DNA of 64,000 nucleotides. It comes from Lepidodermella squamata. Its lineage: Eukaryota; Animalia; Gastrotricha. The notes under the pieces are model-generated. The model saw nothing but the letters and a program-made list of their open reading frames with translations. It was not told the origin of the DNA and did no database searches. Below are positions 12,587 to 24,330 of this stretch, piece by piece. Location: positions 2,108,001 to 2,172,000 of the forward strand of contig JBLDXI010000010.1 in assembly GCA_047495785.1 (NCBI GenBank), in the 5' to 3' direction. The position numbers were made by a program, and so were the translations under genes. The number at the start of each line of letters is the position of its first letter. Position 1 is the first letter of the stretch.

Positions 12587-14721
12587 TCAAAATTCCACTT
12601 CTTCTATTTCACTCAATTCGCCATCACTTTCTTCTGAGCTGTAGTAGGGGGTCTCATCATTATTTGCTGAAATCACCAGGTTTTCCATTAGTTGCCGGCA
12701 AACCGGATCACCGAAAAAAACGGTGCTAGCCAAAAGCTTTCGGAGAGCTTTGATACGCAACTCAATTGAGATGCCGCTCAAAGCTCGAAGGTCATAGCCT
12801 GCCCTCATCAGGGAATAAACATGGCTGGCCAAGACTAAGATATTAAATCTTTAGCAAATCAACCCTCCGTCAAAAAAAACTTTACCATGGGAATAAGGCG
12901 TTACATTTCCTATCGCAGCTTGAAAATAAAATTCGAACTCGCGAAACGCAAAATCGCTCTCGGGAACCTCATTAGATTCCACGAGATCGAGTAATTCGAT
13001 AGTTCTCTCAATGAGAATATCGAATTCTCGGAACTTGGACAGCACTCCCGCGATAGCCTGTAAAAAATTAGTATGATGACGAAAGCTTATAAAAATCCAT
13101 ATGTAAAAGGCCAGATTTCTGGTTACGAAACTCACTTCTTCCGCCTCCGGCATGCGTAATTGCAAGCACTTCTTAATTTTCGCTTCAGGTGACTGCAATT
13201 TGCGGCGATGAGAGACATTATTTTCGTCAAAAAATCTGACAATACATCGTGAGTAAATCTGGACTCGAGCAATTTGATTTGCCAGTTTTCTTCTAAAAAG
13301 TCATCAGCGTAGCATTCTCATGCAAGCAGCGCAGGGCCTTCAAAATTTTAAATCAGCGATAATATTAATTTTGAATCAAATTCGAACCTTGACGATACCA
13401 CTATGTGTGTACCGCTTCAGCTTTGTTGCATTGGGGTCGTTCGACGGATCCACGCGCAAATTGAACAAAGAACGCTCTAAAAACCCTTTCGCATTGCTAA
13501 AAGCCGTTTTCAGCTTGTTACTCAGCATAAATGTTAACAGCTGCAATAATTTATTTAGCCTATGTTCATTGCTTCCCAGCCTATTGCATAGCTTACCGAA
13601 TTCAAGATTGAAAGCGATACGGCTGAAAACATATGTAAGCAGCATGGCAGAATTGTTAGCATTTCGCGAGGCAGATCGAAAAGCGGCAGATATTCTAAAG
13701 ACCAGCCTTGCTCATTGCTGCGAAGTCGAAATTGCTCGGCAAAATCGCGAGCAGGGCCCTCATTTCCAGCTCCGTTCCCAACATTGCCGACACAGAAGAC
13801 ACATGAGTGGTCGCTACCTGGAGAGCCGCAGGCCAAAATCTTAAAATTGCAATGTTGGCAGAAAACTTGAATTTCGCAGCTTATTCAGTGCTATTTACCT
13901 TTGTTAGCATCATATAGTCGCAACATAAAATCAACGAAAATTTGTATTTTCGCCCATTATGCCGATCTGTCACGGTTTCGCGACACATTTGCTCAAGCTC
14001 TCTACAGACTTCGGCAAAATAATGTCGAAGATTCTCAGAATCTTCTTCGCCCTGGTATAAACCAACTTGGTACTCATTATCAATTCCAGCTGTCTTCTTC
14101 CTGTCTTCAAGACAAATAATAAATGAGACAATGCCTTGGGCGACATTTGATCGAGACCCCATGCCGTCGATTTGAACCCTAATTTTATTTATTTCGGGGT
14201 AACGGTTCAGCATATTAGTATTTGCCCAGTGCTGGAAAATTTCTTTCGGGGAAATCGTGGCACCTTTTTCTCTGGGTGAATCGTCGCTTTTATGTTTACC
14301 TGATTTTTTTATTTTAAAAGTATCATATTTGAGGCAAATACCAAAAATACTCACGGTGTTCAAGCTCCTTATGGGTCGCAATATGGAAAAAATTTGCAAG
14401 CCGTCTGCGAGCTTTGACCAGTCTTCTGCGCGAAGGATGGTTGGGATTTTGGGCCCTGGCGAGTTTAAAAAATGTCCGCCCTGAGACCGCGTGTCTCATC
14501 CGCAACTTGACAGCTCTAATAAATTTATTGCAAGCGAAGATAAAATAATGAGCAGTAAATAACCTCTCAGCTTCTTTTGTTTGCACTTCATCGCGCTCTT
14601 CATGTGATTTTAGGGGCATCTCTACCCTTACGACATTTTCCGTAAGTTCCGCGGCGCTTTCAGCAAGTAAGAATAAGTGCCGAGGTATTCTAACAAAAAA
14701 ATATCTCTCATTTTTGGTCAA
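12587..14721 (-). pseudogene. RAG1/Transib/Chapaev-like DDE transposase, multi-exon, partly degenerate (5' end unresolved)
   Basis: Spliced reading gives IRVQIDGMG (D1), LCCDYMMLTKILACGSPGSDHSCVFC (D2 plus CxxC), LPCCLH, VTPYSHVLASHV (Hx4H) and LRALSGISIELRIKALRK (E). These parallel RAG1 SCDGMG, GYDEKL..CTLC, DALH, TNYFHKTLAHV and GNESGNK. Frame disrupted around 13200-13340. Confidence 0.7.
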
Positions 14722-16569
14722 GGTTTGGGTCGCTAAAGAGGCCGATCAAAATAGCATGCCGAGAATTCCTGAAATCCCTTACTTTGGATAAGCAAGATGT
14801 TGAAAATGGGAAATTTGTGCTCTGCTTAAATTTTCAGATGACGGCTTCTTGGCATTGCTTGTAAATATATGTAATGTGGTGAAAAAATGTATTTATTTCA
14901 CCTTTTTTCCAGGGATGATGATCTTGGCCAGCTTTGGTTGAAAATGTTTTACATGCGTCGGAAATGACAATCGTCGAACTTTCTGATTTGAAAATTGACC
15001 CTGTTTCAAACTTGTTTCTTGTTTCAAAGTTTCAATAAAATTCCTGTTCATCAGTTATCTTCATTGCTGGCATATTTTTTTAGAATGGAGAATTCAGTTT
15101 TTTTATACCAGCGAGGAAGATTTTACCGATATTTTTATAATATCGAAAAAATAAGAATATTTTTATTCTGTCCTTTTTGCGATGTGCTCTTCCAGCTCCG
15201 CGTGCTTGAAGAGCATGTGGTGCGAAAATGCCGATTAGGGATCACTCTTACTCGAGCAGAGCGTGAGCATGCTTTCCGCCAATCGATACCAATTGATCCT
15301 GAGCAGGGCTGGACTTGAAGCTTTAATTTCTGACAGCCAGTTTCGTGATTGACGATGAACGCGTTCTATGTTTAATGTTGTAATCGGAATAATCGACTTC
15401 GTGTTTACGTTTTACTTTAATCTCGAATGATTTCTATAATCCTCGTCAAATTAAGTAATAGTAATTATAAATAAAACTACCGAGATCTATTCTTCATAAG
15501 ATGTGTTATAATCAAGAAAGACATTTCAGACGACACAAAATCTTAAACTTAACATTTATCTTGCATCGAATGGGCTCAAAATGGCTGCTGAAATTATTGC
15601 ATTTTCACTGAAGTCAGCTATAGTTATTCACAAAAGTAACGTGATTGAAAATTTAAATTTATCTTCGCCTACAATCAATAATTAAACCGGAATTGCCAGA
15701 TTTTTTTTTTCACGCAGTTTAGTTCGAAAATTTTGCTGTCATTGTCGAAATTACATAAAATAATTTTCCGCAATCAAATCCGGCAAAATTTAATGAGACG
15801 CTAAGCCTGAACAATATTACGTATTACATCGGCCCTTTTAGTTTACTTTTAAATTTCACTTTTATATACTTCTTTTTACTTTTTAAATTTTAAATTTTTG
15901 AAGAACATATAATTGCTGGAAACAGGCTATAATATATGGCATTGTTGAGGAAAGAAGTGAAAAATATGGTGAAAAGTAAAACAACACGTTAAGTTTTTAA
16001 TTTTTTGAATGATATAATGAACTAAAAAGTCAAACTATAAATTGATAAGGCTTTACTTTATTTTATCAAAACTTCATGTTATTGGCCTCATAAAACAGGA
16101 TTAAAACTGATAAAATGAATTAAAACAAAAGTATGAGATATGTGGAAAAATTATTCGGAATCTGTATCAGTGTCGATGAGTATTCTCCATTCCGCGTTGA
16201 TTTTGTCCATCACCGCGGTCTTGGAGCGAGATCCGAAAACAGCCATAAAATCAGGGTCTTGAGCGGCTTTATAGCTCTTGATGTGCGGGCTATATTCGAT
16301 TGTTTCGGGAAAATTGTTTTCTTGCCCGAAATCGAGGAGGGCTCTGATACTTTCCTTCTCCGGGGTGTCGTAATATTACAGCTATAAATATTACTTTTTC
16401 ACCACTAGCATCCATATAATTGAAGCCGTAAACTTCAATTAATAACCAGCTAAATAACCAGCTAAAGAGCTCATTTTTTCAAACCGGATTTTTTCGAGAA
16501 TAATTGCAGGACAGAATCAGTTCGGACAGGAAATGTGTAGAAGCAGGAGAGTCAACAGAGTTTAAGACT

Positions 16570-17182
16570 GGCACGCGAATTTTTCATTTTTTACTGTTTT
16601 ATCTCACATTTTTCATCAACTTTACAACTCACATATTTTTCAATTTTTTAATTTATAAAATGCTCATCCGAATGACCGTCGTCGAGGGCGAAGGGTGGCA
16701 CAAAATTGTTGTCAGCGAAATTCCATCTTTCGACGAGCTACGGTTCTGCGCGATGGAGGAACTTCTTCGCGCAGCTTGCGTCATTGGTGATTTGGAGATC
16801 GTAAAAGCGCTTCTTACTATGCATCAATCGAATGAATTCAAAAGTTGGAAACAAAAGGACAACCAGGAATCAGCACTTGTCTACGCAGTCCTGCACTCCA
16901 ACGTGGAAATTGCAACTTATCTAGTGGAGCAGCTCCATGGTGTTGACTTCAACAAGGTCATCTTTCTGCGAATGAAGTTCCTCCATCGCGCAGAACCGTA
17001 GCTCGTCGAAAGATGGAATTTCGCTGACAACAATTTTGTGCCACCCTTCGCCCTCGACGACGGTCATTCGGATGAGCATTTTATAAATTTAAAAAATTAA
17101 TTAAAAAATTGAAAAATATGTGAGTTGAAAAGTTGATGAAAAATGTGAGATAAAACAGTAAAAAATGAAAAATTCGCGTGCC
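16570..17182 (+). repeat. ~200 bp-arm inverted repeat enclosing an ankyrin-repeat gene fragment
   Basis: Arms 16570-16765 and 16974-17182 are near-perfect reverse complements; the loop encodes LLRAACVIGDLEIVKALL...ESALVYAVLHSNVEIATYLVEQLHGVDFN. Confidence 0.8.
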
Positions 17183-18154
17183 TTTTAAACCCACCAACAG
17201 CATTAAGGAGCGCGCCTGTAACTAAAAATACCAGCCAATAGAAAAATTGTGGATTCACTGGTTCCACTAAGGACGATTGATATATAATATAATAATATTA
17301 GTTTTATTTAGCCTCTTCTAAGACCCGAACATTCCCATCATTTAACGATGATATAAAGAAAAAACATAGACAACTCGATACAGATCGGGAAGGAACGATC
17401 TTCCTATAGTAAATTAATTCACACCAAAACGTGAAAAAGTGGGCACGCGACCTTCAATTTTATTCACTCATCGCCCCATCCGCCCATTGTAATTTTTTCG
17501 ATTATTAATTATTGTCAAAAATTCCCAGAGAAAAAGTTTCATTTCCCAAAAATTCCAAACAAATTTTCCAGAGTATTAGAAACGCTGCTCCTCTATCGAA
17601 TCAAGGGAAGGAAGGGAAGCTCATTGTTCGGTGTTTTTTTTTATTCGACCCGACTTGCCCGCGCCCGCACTGCCCGCACACGTTCATTTATTCCGCCCAG
17701 ACCGCCCGTACATCCACGGGCGCCCGAACACATTTTTTTATCCGCCCGGCTTGCCCGCACTCTACATATCGCCCATAACGCCCGGCCTCTCAAGACCGGG
17801 CAGCTGCGGGAAAAATGATCACGCACGCGATTCGAAGCAGCAAAAAATGGTGATGAGTGAAGTGCCTCATTAAAGTGACGGCGACAAGAAAAAGCGACGA
17901 GAAGTCGATTTTCAGCGCATGTGACGAGATAATTGCGAAGAGAAGTCGATTTTCGGCAAACAAAACGACAACATTAAGCTGTACGATTTGATTAAGGCGA
18001 AAATAAAACGATTTATTGTTCTCACTTGCAGTCTTTAATCTGGAAATTGTTTCTTTAATACTTATTACTTCCAACTAATTTCACCACAGTGGTACACATT
18101 TAAACTAAAGGGCTAATGTTTCTTATTATGTATTAACAACACAGGTAGTTATAA

Positions 18155-19027
18155 ATGGAGCGTCAACATCAGCACTTGAATGCAGGTATGCTTAGCCAGC
18201 TTTTCAGCTTGATGCAGGCTAGCGGTTCCGGTATAAATCTGTCTGGCTCGCATGGAGTGTTTCCGACCATCAGCTCTGTTTTCGACCAACCATCGTCCAG
18301 TGGGCTGAGTCATTTTGCCGCGCCCTCGGTTTCGCAAGTGCCAGCAGCTCAGCAGCCAGCAGCAGCTCCGGCGGCTAACAACGCTGACGATGCAAGCGAG
18401 GATATGGCCCTGTGGAATGAGCCGAAAATCAGGTCCCTGTTGGCTAACTGGGCGTTGAATAAGGCTAAGTTTGAGAACAAAGCCCTCCGCCATAACAAAA
18501 TTTGGGGAAACATTGCAAAGGCCGTTAATCAAGACTGTCCGACGCCGCCCGCTGTGAACGGCGAGCAATGCCGCTTAAAACACCGCGACTTGAAGCGGAA
18601 ATACACGGAGACGAAGGTGAAACCGCCATCTGGTTCAGGTACCGCCGAAGTTGTTGACTGGAGCCGAAAGATTCCATATTACGATGCCTTGGTCACAGCT
18701 TTCGAAGGCGACCCCTCGGTTAACCCGCTGATTACGATTAGCACCATCGACGGCGTGAAGAAACCTGAGGAAAAGTCCAAGGTGGAAAAAGCAGAGGCTA
18801 AGAAAACGGCGAAAAAACGTGGTGCTGATGTTGCAAATGAAACTAAAGAGGAGCTGCGAGCTTTGTTCGAGGAGTCGATGTCACTTGAGCGGAAAAAGCT
18901 ACGAATCCTGGACCGAATTGCGACTGCGGCAGAGCGTCGAAGTGGCCTGAAAGAGGTCAGAAAACCGGTGAAAAATGAGCCAATTGATAATGATGTCTCA
19001 ATCTCGTCTTCGTCTGAAGACGAATAG
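18155..19027 (+). CDS. Myb/SANT-like (trihelix/MADF-type) DNA-binding protein of Harbinger 1
   Basis: WNEPKIRSLLANW...KIWGNIAKAV...GEQCRLKHRDLKRKY...PYYDAL trihelix pattern, C-terminal coiled coil, 290 aa ORF. Confidence 0.8.
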   Translation: MERQHQHLNAGMLSQLFSLMQASGSGINLSGSHGVFPTISSVFDQPSSSGLSHFAAPSVSQVPAAQQPAAAPAANNADDASEDMALWNEPKIRSLLANWALNKAKFENKALRHNKIWGNIAKAVNQDCPTPPAVNGEQCRLKHRDLKRKYTETKVKPPSGSGTAEVVDWSRKIPYYDALVTAFEGDPSVNPLITISTIDGVKKPEEKSKVEKAEAKKTAKKRGADVANETKEELRALFEESMSLERKKLRILDRIATAAERRSGLKEVRKPVKNEPIDNDVSISSSSEDE

Positions 19028-19237
19028 ACAATGTGATAGAATGTGATTGAAGAGGAGTGAATAAATACCGTAAACTGGATCTTTAATATAGCCGATAAAT
19101 AAATGAGAAATAATTGATTGTGGCTATGATAACGCGTGATTTTTAATTTCGTAATCTCACTCTTAATTTTTTTTAACAAAATATTAAAAATATAGATATA
19201 TACTGGCTAGCTATTTGGTATTTGCCGCTACTGACCG

Positions 19238-20597
19238 ATGGACGAAACCGATAATTTTTTCGACGAAGTGGGTGATATTGCTGCAATCTATGCCTTGGAT
19301 AATTCCTTCACGATGATGATAACACTCTTATCTATGGCTATTATTGGTCTCAACTGCCGTAATAGATGGAGAGTTCGACACGCTAGAGTATCGAATTTTT
19401 TCGATGTGACTGTACCAGCTTATACCGACGACGACTTTCAGCGACATTTTCGCCTCACACGCGCCTCGGCCGAAAATTTGACTGAATTTTTAGTTCAGCG
19501 TGGCGCATTGCAGCCGAAAAATAGTTTCAGCATTGGCCACCCTCCAATCGACCCTTATATGAAGGTGCTTGTAACTTTGAAATATCTAGGAACGAGCGAG
19601 AGCCTGTTCTCTATTGGGAATCTATTCGGGATTACAACGTCGACGGTGTTCAACATTGTCAGGCAGGTTTGCCATGGAATCGTCGACAATCAGCGACACT
19701 TTATAAGGTGGCCTAGTGATCTGGAAGCAGTGCAGCTGGCTCAGAAATCCCTGGACAGCTACGGGTTCCCAGGTGGCATTGGCGCAATTGACGGCACCCA
19801 CATACCAATAATGGCACCAAACGACAACCCGGAGTCCTACCACAACTACAAGCGCTTCTATTCGATTATCTTACAAGTTTGTCACTGAACCTATACACTT
19901 TTACTGGTTTTAGAGTGCCTAAATTATGAAAAATGTTGCTATAACAGTGAGATCAATTGTCAATTGTCCCCTATATTTGGATTAGGCGGTTGCTGATGTC
20001 AATGGTCGCTTCATCGATGTTTTCTGCGGCATCCCCGGTCGGTCCAACGATCGAGGTGTTTTCAACCGAAGCCCGTTGTTACGATCGATAACTGAGAACA
20101 AACCGGCGTACTTTTCCAGTCCGAATTTTCACATTTTGGGTGACGGGGCCTATCCGCTGCTCGATTGGTTAATGATTGGCTACTCGGCGCAGGAGATAGC
20201 GACAGAAAATCCAGAAGGTGTTGAACGCTGCGAGTTGTTTAATACTACTTTGTCATCAGCTCGACAGGCTGTTGAACGGGCATTTGGCATGTTAAAGGGA
20301 CGATTCAGGCGATTTATGACAAGAGCTAACAACTTTGACGTTGTAGAAATGTCATATTTTGTTGTTGCCGCCTGTTGCCTTCATAATTACTGCCTAGCCG
20401 ACGGTCTCGGTGCCGCTTTTCTGCAGGAAATCCAAGCCGCCGAAGAAGCCGATGAAGAGGCTGTCGATCATCCCGGAGAGGTTCAAGCTGTTGGAAATCC
20501 CATGGAGGTGGAAAACGATGTACAGAACAATAATTTGTTGGGTGAAAATAAGCGTTTCCAAATCACGGAATATTTGTTTCACAACAGAAATATTTGA
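19238..20597 (+). CDS. HARBI1-like DDE transposase of Harbinger 1, exons 19238-19876 and 19986-20597 (~416 aa, apparently intact)
   Basis: FQRHFRL, GAIDGTHI, SIILQ|AVAD...PGRSND, LGDGAYP, RQAVERAFGMLKGRFR, CCLHN; phase-0 GT-AG intron. Confidence 0.88.
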
Positions 20598-21790
20598 CCA
20601 TCGTCAAACTAGCTGATAATTGAATGAAAAATTGAAAGATCAGAAAATTGATTGAAGAATATAGAAAGAAAGACAATAAAAATAGCTGAGATGTTATTTC
20701 TTATCCGTCTGCAAATTTATCAGTACTTTCAATAGGCATATTTTCAAAAAATACCAAAATTTTCCGCATTTTTTCCGCAATAATGCATAAAAAATCGAAG
20801 ACCATCGATGGTTCATTAATCACAGCCCGATGACGTTTTTTTACTCGCCCGTGTTTCCCAGCTCGCCCGCGTAGAAGTTGTTTAGATAAAAAAACGTTTT
20901 CGGACCGCCCGCACAGCCCGGATTTTTTTATTCACGTCGCCCGTGATGCCCAACTCGCCGCCCGGATGAAAAATCCGGGGAATAAAAAAATGTACACGCG
21001 CCCGCGAAGCCCGGATTTTTTTATTGCTCGCCCGTACAATCCGCCGGATCTCCCCGGGCGCAGTGGGGAATAAAAAAAAACGCCCTTCGTGTGCGCCATC
21101 TGTTTTGTTCAGCTTTTGAGCAAAAAACGCCAAAATCGTGTGCCGAAAGTTTTTGCGATTTTTCCCTTTAGTTTTTTTGGGTAATCTCGTACAGCTTAAT
21201 TACCTGTGGCTTGACCGACTCCAGTTCACCTATACAGGTGATTATCATGGCGTTAGGCTATTTTTTCTAAATTCGACCTTGACACATAATAATTTCAAAT
21301 TTTTTGCGTGTAAAAAAAGCACTGGCGATCAGATTTTGAACTCCGCTCCCGATGACGTCATACAGTGTTTTGAGCAGAAAATTTTCGAATTTACGTTAAA
21401 AATAGAGAAATAATTATTTTTTCAAATTTTAATAGCCTAACGCCTTCTACTCGTCGAACTGATTCCGATGCCTTTTTCAGCTTCTTAGAAAAGTGAATGG
21501 GTGATGAGTTTACCCTGAAAAGCTTTTTGCATGTAAAAAGTATGCAGGGGCTGTTGTTCAATTTGGGGTTTTCCCAATAAAAAAGGAACACACTTTTTGA
21601 AAAATGTCCGAAACTAGGCGTGGGATGAGGACCATTGTTCTTTAATCCAGTTTCTCTTCCTTCCCTTGTATCGAATGAGTCTTGTTTCCTGAGACGGTTT
21701 TTTTCTAACTGAACTTTTTTTAAATTTTCTCAAAGTTGGTCACTTTTACCTTTCACGAAAAATCGCCATTTTAAGAGCCTTTCCGGGCGG

Positions 21791-22016
21791 TAAACTTGTT
21801 TATTTTACACTGAAAAAATCCGAGAAAAATACTATGATGATATTTGATTTTTGCTCTATCCACTGATATAAAACTTGAGCAAATCATAATTTGTTTTGAA
21901 TTTCGCGACATTTTCATGTACGTTTTAGGTTTTTTTAGCTCATTCAGAGTATTAAACGTTATGTACATGAACATTTCGCGAAATTCAAAACAAATTATGA
22001 TTTGGTCAAGTTTTAT
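21791..22016. repeat. Palindromic MITE, right arm truncated; paralog at ~31877-32182
   Basis: caaatcataatttgttttgaatttcgcg ... cgcgaaattcaaaacaaattatgatttg. Confidence 0.65.
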
Positions 22017-22283
22017 AATTTTGAAAAATTAGAAAACTTCCGTTTGTCCTTTCTGCTTAAATTTTTGTTATATAAAAACAGCTTCATTCCTCTGAATCTC
22101 CTATCATTTATTCGAAAATCATAGGTCATAGGGTTCAAGAAAGAGAAAAGCACATTTGAGCTCGATGAACTGAAGCTGAAAGAAGAAGAGGCACCACAAC
22201 TCCCCGAATCTCAACGCAGAACTGGCTTGGAAGATGAACGATTTCAAAGCAGGGGCTCAGGCAACTAGATCACTCTTGCATGT

Positions 22284-22577
22284 TCATGCTGACGCGGGCA
22301 GCTCGAACTCATCGATGGAGACTCCTCTGTTGCGGCGAGTTCCATCGACCAGACACTGCAGGAACAACTGCTCGTCGATGATCGGGTACCGTGGCTCAGA
22401 TGCGGCTTCGAAATCCAACATTCGCTGCAGTGCCCGGCCGCTGATATAGTAGAACTTCGCCGAGCCAAGTCCGTTTTCGGAAAGCTGGCTCTCGTAGTTG
22501 GATTTTACCCGATGCGCGACGTCATTTGCCAAAAGCTGGCGGGTCGATTCGTCAAGTTCGCAAAACTTCTTCCCACC
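22284..22577 (-). pseudogene. IRG-like type B C-terminal fragment (B3-like)
   Basis: GGKKFCELDESTRQLLANDVAHRVKSNYE...DEFELPASA*, nearly identical to the 3' part of 32454-33466; 5' part lost at junction ~22578. Confidence 0.8.
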
Positions 22578-22619
22578 GTCCTGTCCGTCCAAGCTGAGCC
22601 ACTAAAAGCTTTTGGGCTT

Positions 22620-23570
22620 CTGTTAGCGAATTTGCTACAATTTGAACATTGAATGGCTACGGTTTAACGGCTTGGAACCAGCTTGAAATGAACTATCCAC
22701 TGGCGCTGTACAAAATCGAAACAATCCAGGAGGCTTGATTTTAGCGCTGGAACCTCTGAAACCAGCTTTAGTGGTGCAGGTAATTATAGACCCATTCATT
22801 TTTGCAAAATCGAAGCTTCGAATCGAATTTCCCATTCCTTATCGAAGTTTTACCAAGGGTATCACCGGAGGAATGTGAAATTTACCAGAGAAATTCCGGA
22901 GAAGTCCGATGGTAATTATTTGTTAATCATCGGTAATTTACCTGGTTGGAACGAATATCTGCAGAATTATTTTTTATGAAAAATTCGAAGATCCAAGATC
23001 ATAATGTATATTCATAGAACGGATATTTTCTCCTGCTTTGGGGTGTAAAATTGCATATAATACTTGGAAAAATCCTACTTTCCAGTGCCCAACATTGGGA
23101 GGGATCGAGTACGAGGATAAGAAAATGAGAAATGAGAAAATGATCCAATTTCGGCAATTCAATACTTTCCTCAGGTCAGGGTTAAAAATGATTCCAACCA
23201 GTGTGCGAAGTAGGATCCGGGAGCTGATGTGTTTTCGAGCATCCAGCCGAACAAACCAAAGGATCCCCCCTGTGGTTTTTTCAGCCTTCCTCTGGCCCGG
23301 ATCCCTGATTCCAACTTCGGATATTTATAAATCGGATATTTTTAGCAAAGTCTATTGTGTTGAGCCCAGCCAACTGTATCACAGTTCGCAAAGCACAAGT
23401 TCGGATAGTCATCGAAAGTTCAACTCGGGCCAGCTTATGATATTCGAAGACTCAAAAAGCTCTGATGATCATCAACATTTTTACTTCAAAGTGATCAAAG
23501 TGCAAAAGATGAGAAAACACTTTCAAGTTGCTATAGACTTGAAACTGAAGCTAGAATAATGGAATTGGGA
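22620..23570 (+). repeat. Duplicated 3'-flank block of type B genes; homologous to ~62747-63597
   Basis: Collinear similarity, e.g. gaaatgaactatccactgg, ttaccagagaaattccggag, gaaactgaagctagaataatggaattggga. Confidence 0.75.
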
Positions 23571-23577
23571 ATGGAAT

Positions 23578-24330
23578 GGCGGGTTGGTTCGTCAAGTTCG
23601 GAAAACTTCTTCCCACCATGTTTTTCGTACGCCTCGTTGTCCAAGTCCGTATCAGACTTCGAGCGAACGAAAATGCACTCCTGGCCCATTTTCTTAGCCT
23701 GCAGCCCGTATTCAATATCGAATTGCGTCAGACGGTCCTTGGTAACAACGATCAACGCGTCCATGAAGTACAGAAAATTGTCGAGGTAGTACTTGCCAAC
23801 TGGATGCTTCGGGGTCATGGCTCCAGGGTGGTCCCAGAAAACGAACGACGGATTGAAGAAGCTTTCGTACTTGGACGCCGTTCCAGTTGTTTCGACAACT
23901 CCAACTGCAACGTTTTGGCGAAGAAACGCGTTCAGCAGCGTCGATTTGCCGTTGCCGGATCCGCCGATGATCGCAAAGTTGAACTTGCTTGTATCAAGGT
24001 TGTGCGATTTCGCCTTCTGCCGAAGTTCCTCCTGGGCGCGCTTTCGCTCAACTTCCAACGCAGCTAGCTTCTTCTGTTTCTCCTCTTGAAGCTTCTTCGC
24101 AACTTCCTCATCTGTCGACACCTGCAACTTCAACTGCAGTTGATTCAATTGTTGCCGCATTTCCATGAGTAGCGGCGTCATATCCTGTACATTTACACAT
24201 CGATACATTTGCTTGCGGAAAAAAATGAATAAGACTTGCAACAACTTGAACTGGGGCTTGAGATTCTGACTCGGGCGCAAACCAGCTGAATATTTTTTCC
24301 AACAATACTGGGACGGATAGTATATTCCAT
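23578..24330 (-). pseudogene. IRG-like type B gene lacking its C-terminus (B2)
   Basis: Intact G1 GGSGNGKS, GVVETT, DHPG and RSKSD, but deleted after KKFSELDEPTR. GC donor at exon 1; the homologous ATG (24330) is out of frame. Confidence 0.75.

Larger units (their letters stand above)
12179..17271 (-). mobile_element. 5.1 kb TIR DNA transposon with RAG1/Transib-clan transposase
   Basis: 28 bp perfect TIR cttagtggaaccagtgaatccacaattt, extending imperfectly to ~41 bp. 2-bp TSD GA, defined by the empty paralogous site attaaagacgattgat at ~26743-26758. Confidence 0.8.
17630..21085 (+). mobile_element. PIF/Harbinger-like transposon 1 (two genes)
   Basis: Imperfect TIR gg(t/c)gttttttttattc, GC-rich subterminal repeats (gcccgcac, tttttattc), Myb/SANT gene followed by HARBI1-type transposase. 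Confidence 0.75.
17602..21668. mobile_element. Non-autonomous TIR element (CAAGG ends, P- or hAT-like) that hosts Harbinger 1
   Basis: TIR caagggaaggaag(g/a)gaa; 8-bp TSD tatcgaat at 17594-17601 and 21669-21676; empty site at ~31773 in the duplicated block. Confidence 0.75.

Noticed and set aside
17630-17800. CRISPR-like look of spaced gcccgcac/tttttattc repeats (also 20835-21085 and cgtacg repeats at 30590-30760)
   Set aside because: Irregular subterminal repeats of Harbinger elements in a eukaryotic context; no constant repeat-spacer period and no cas genes
23038-23559. 173 aa ORF in the duplicated block
   Set aside because: Frame not conserved in the homologous block at ~63094-63570
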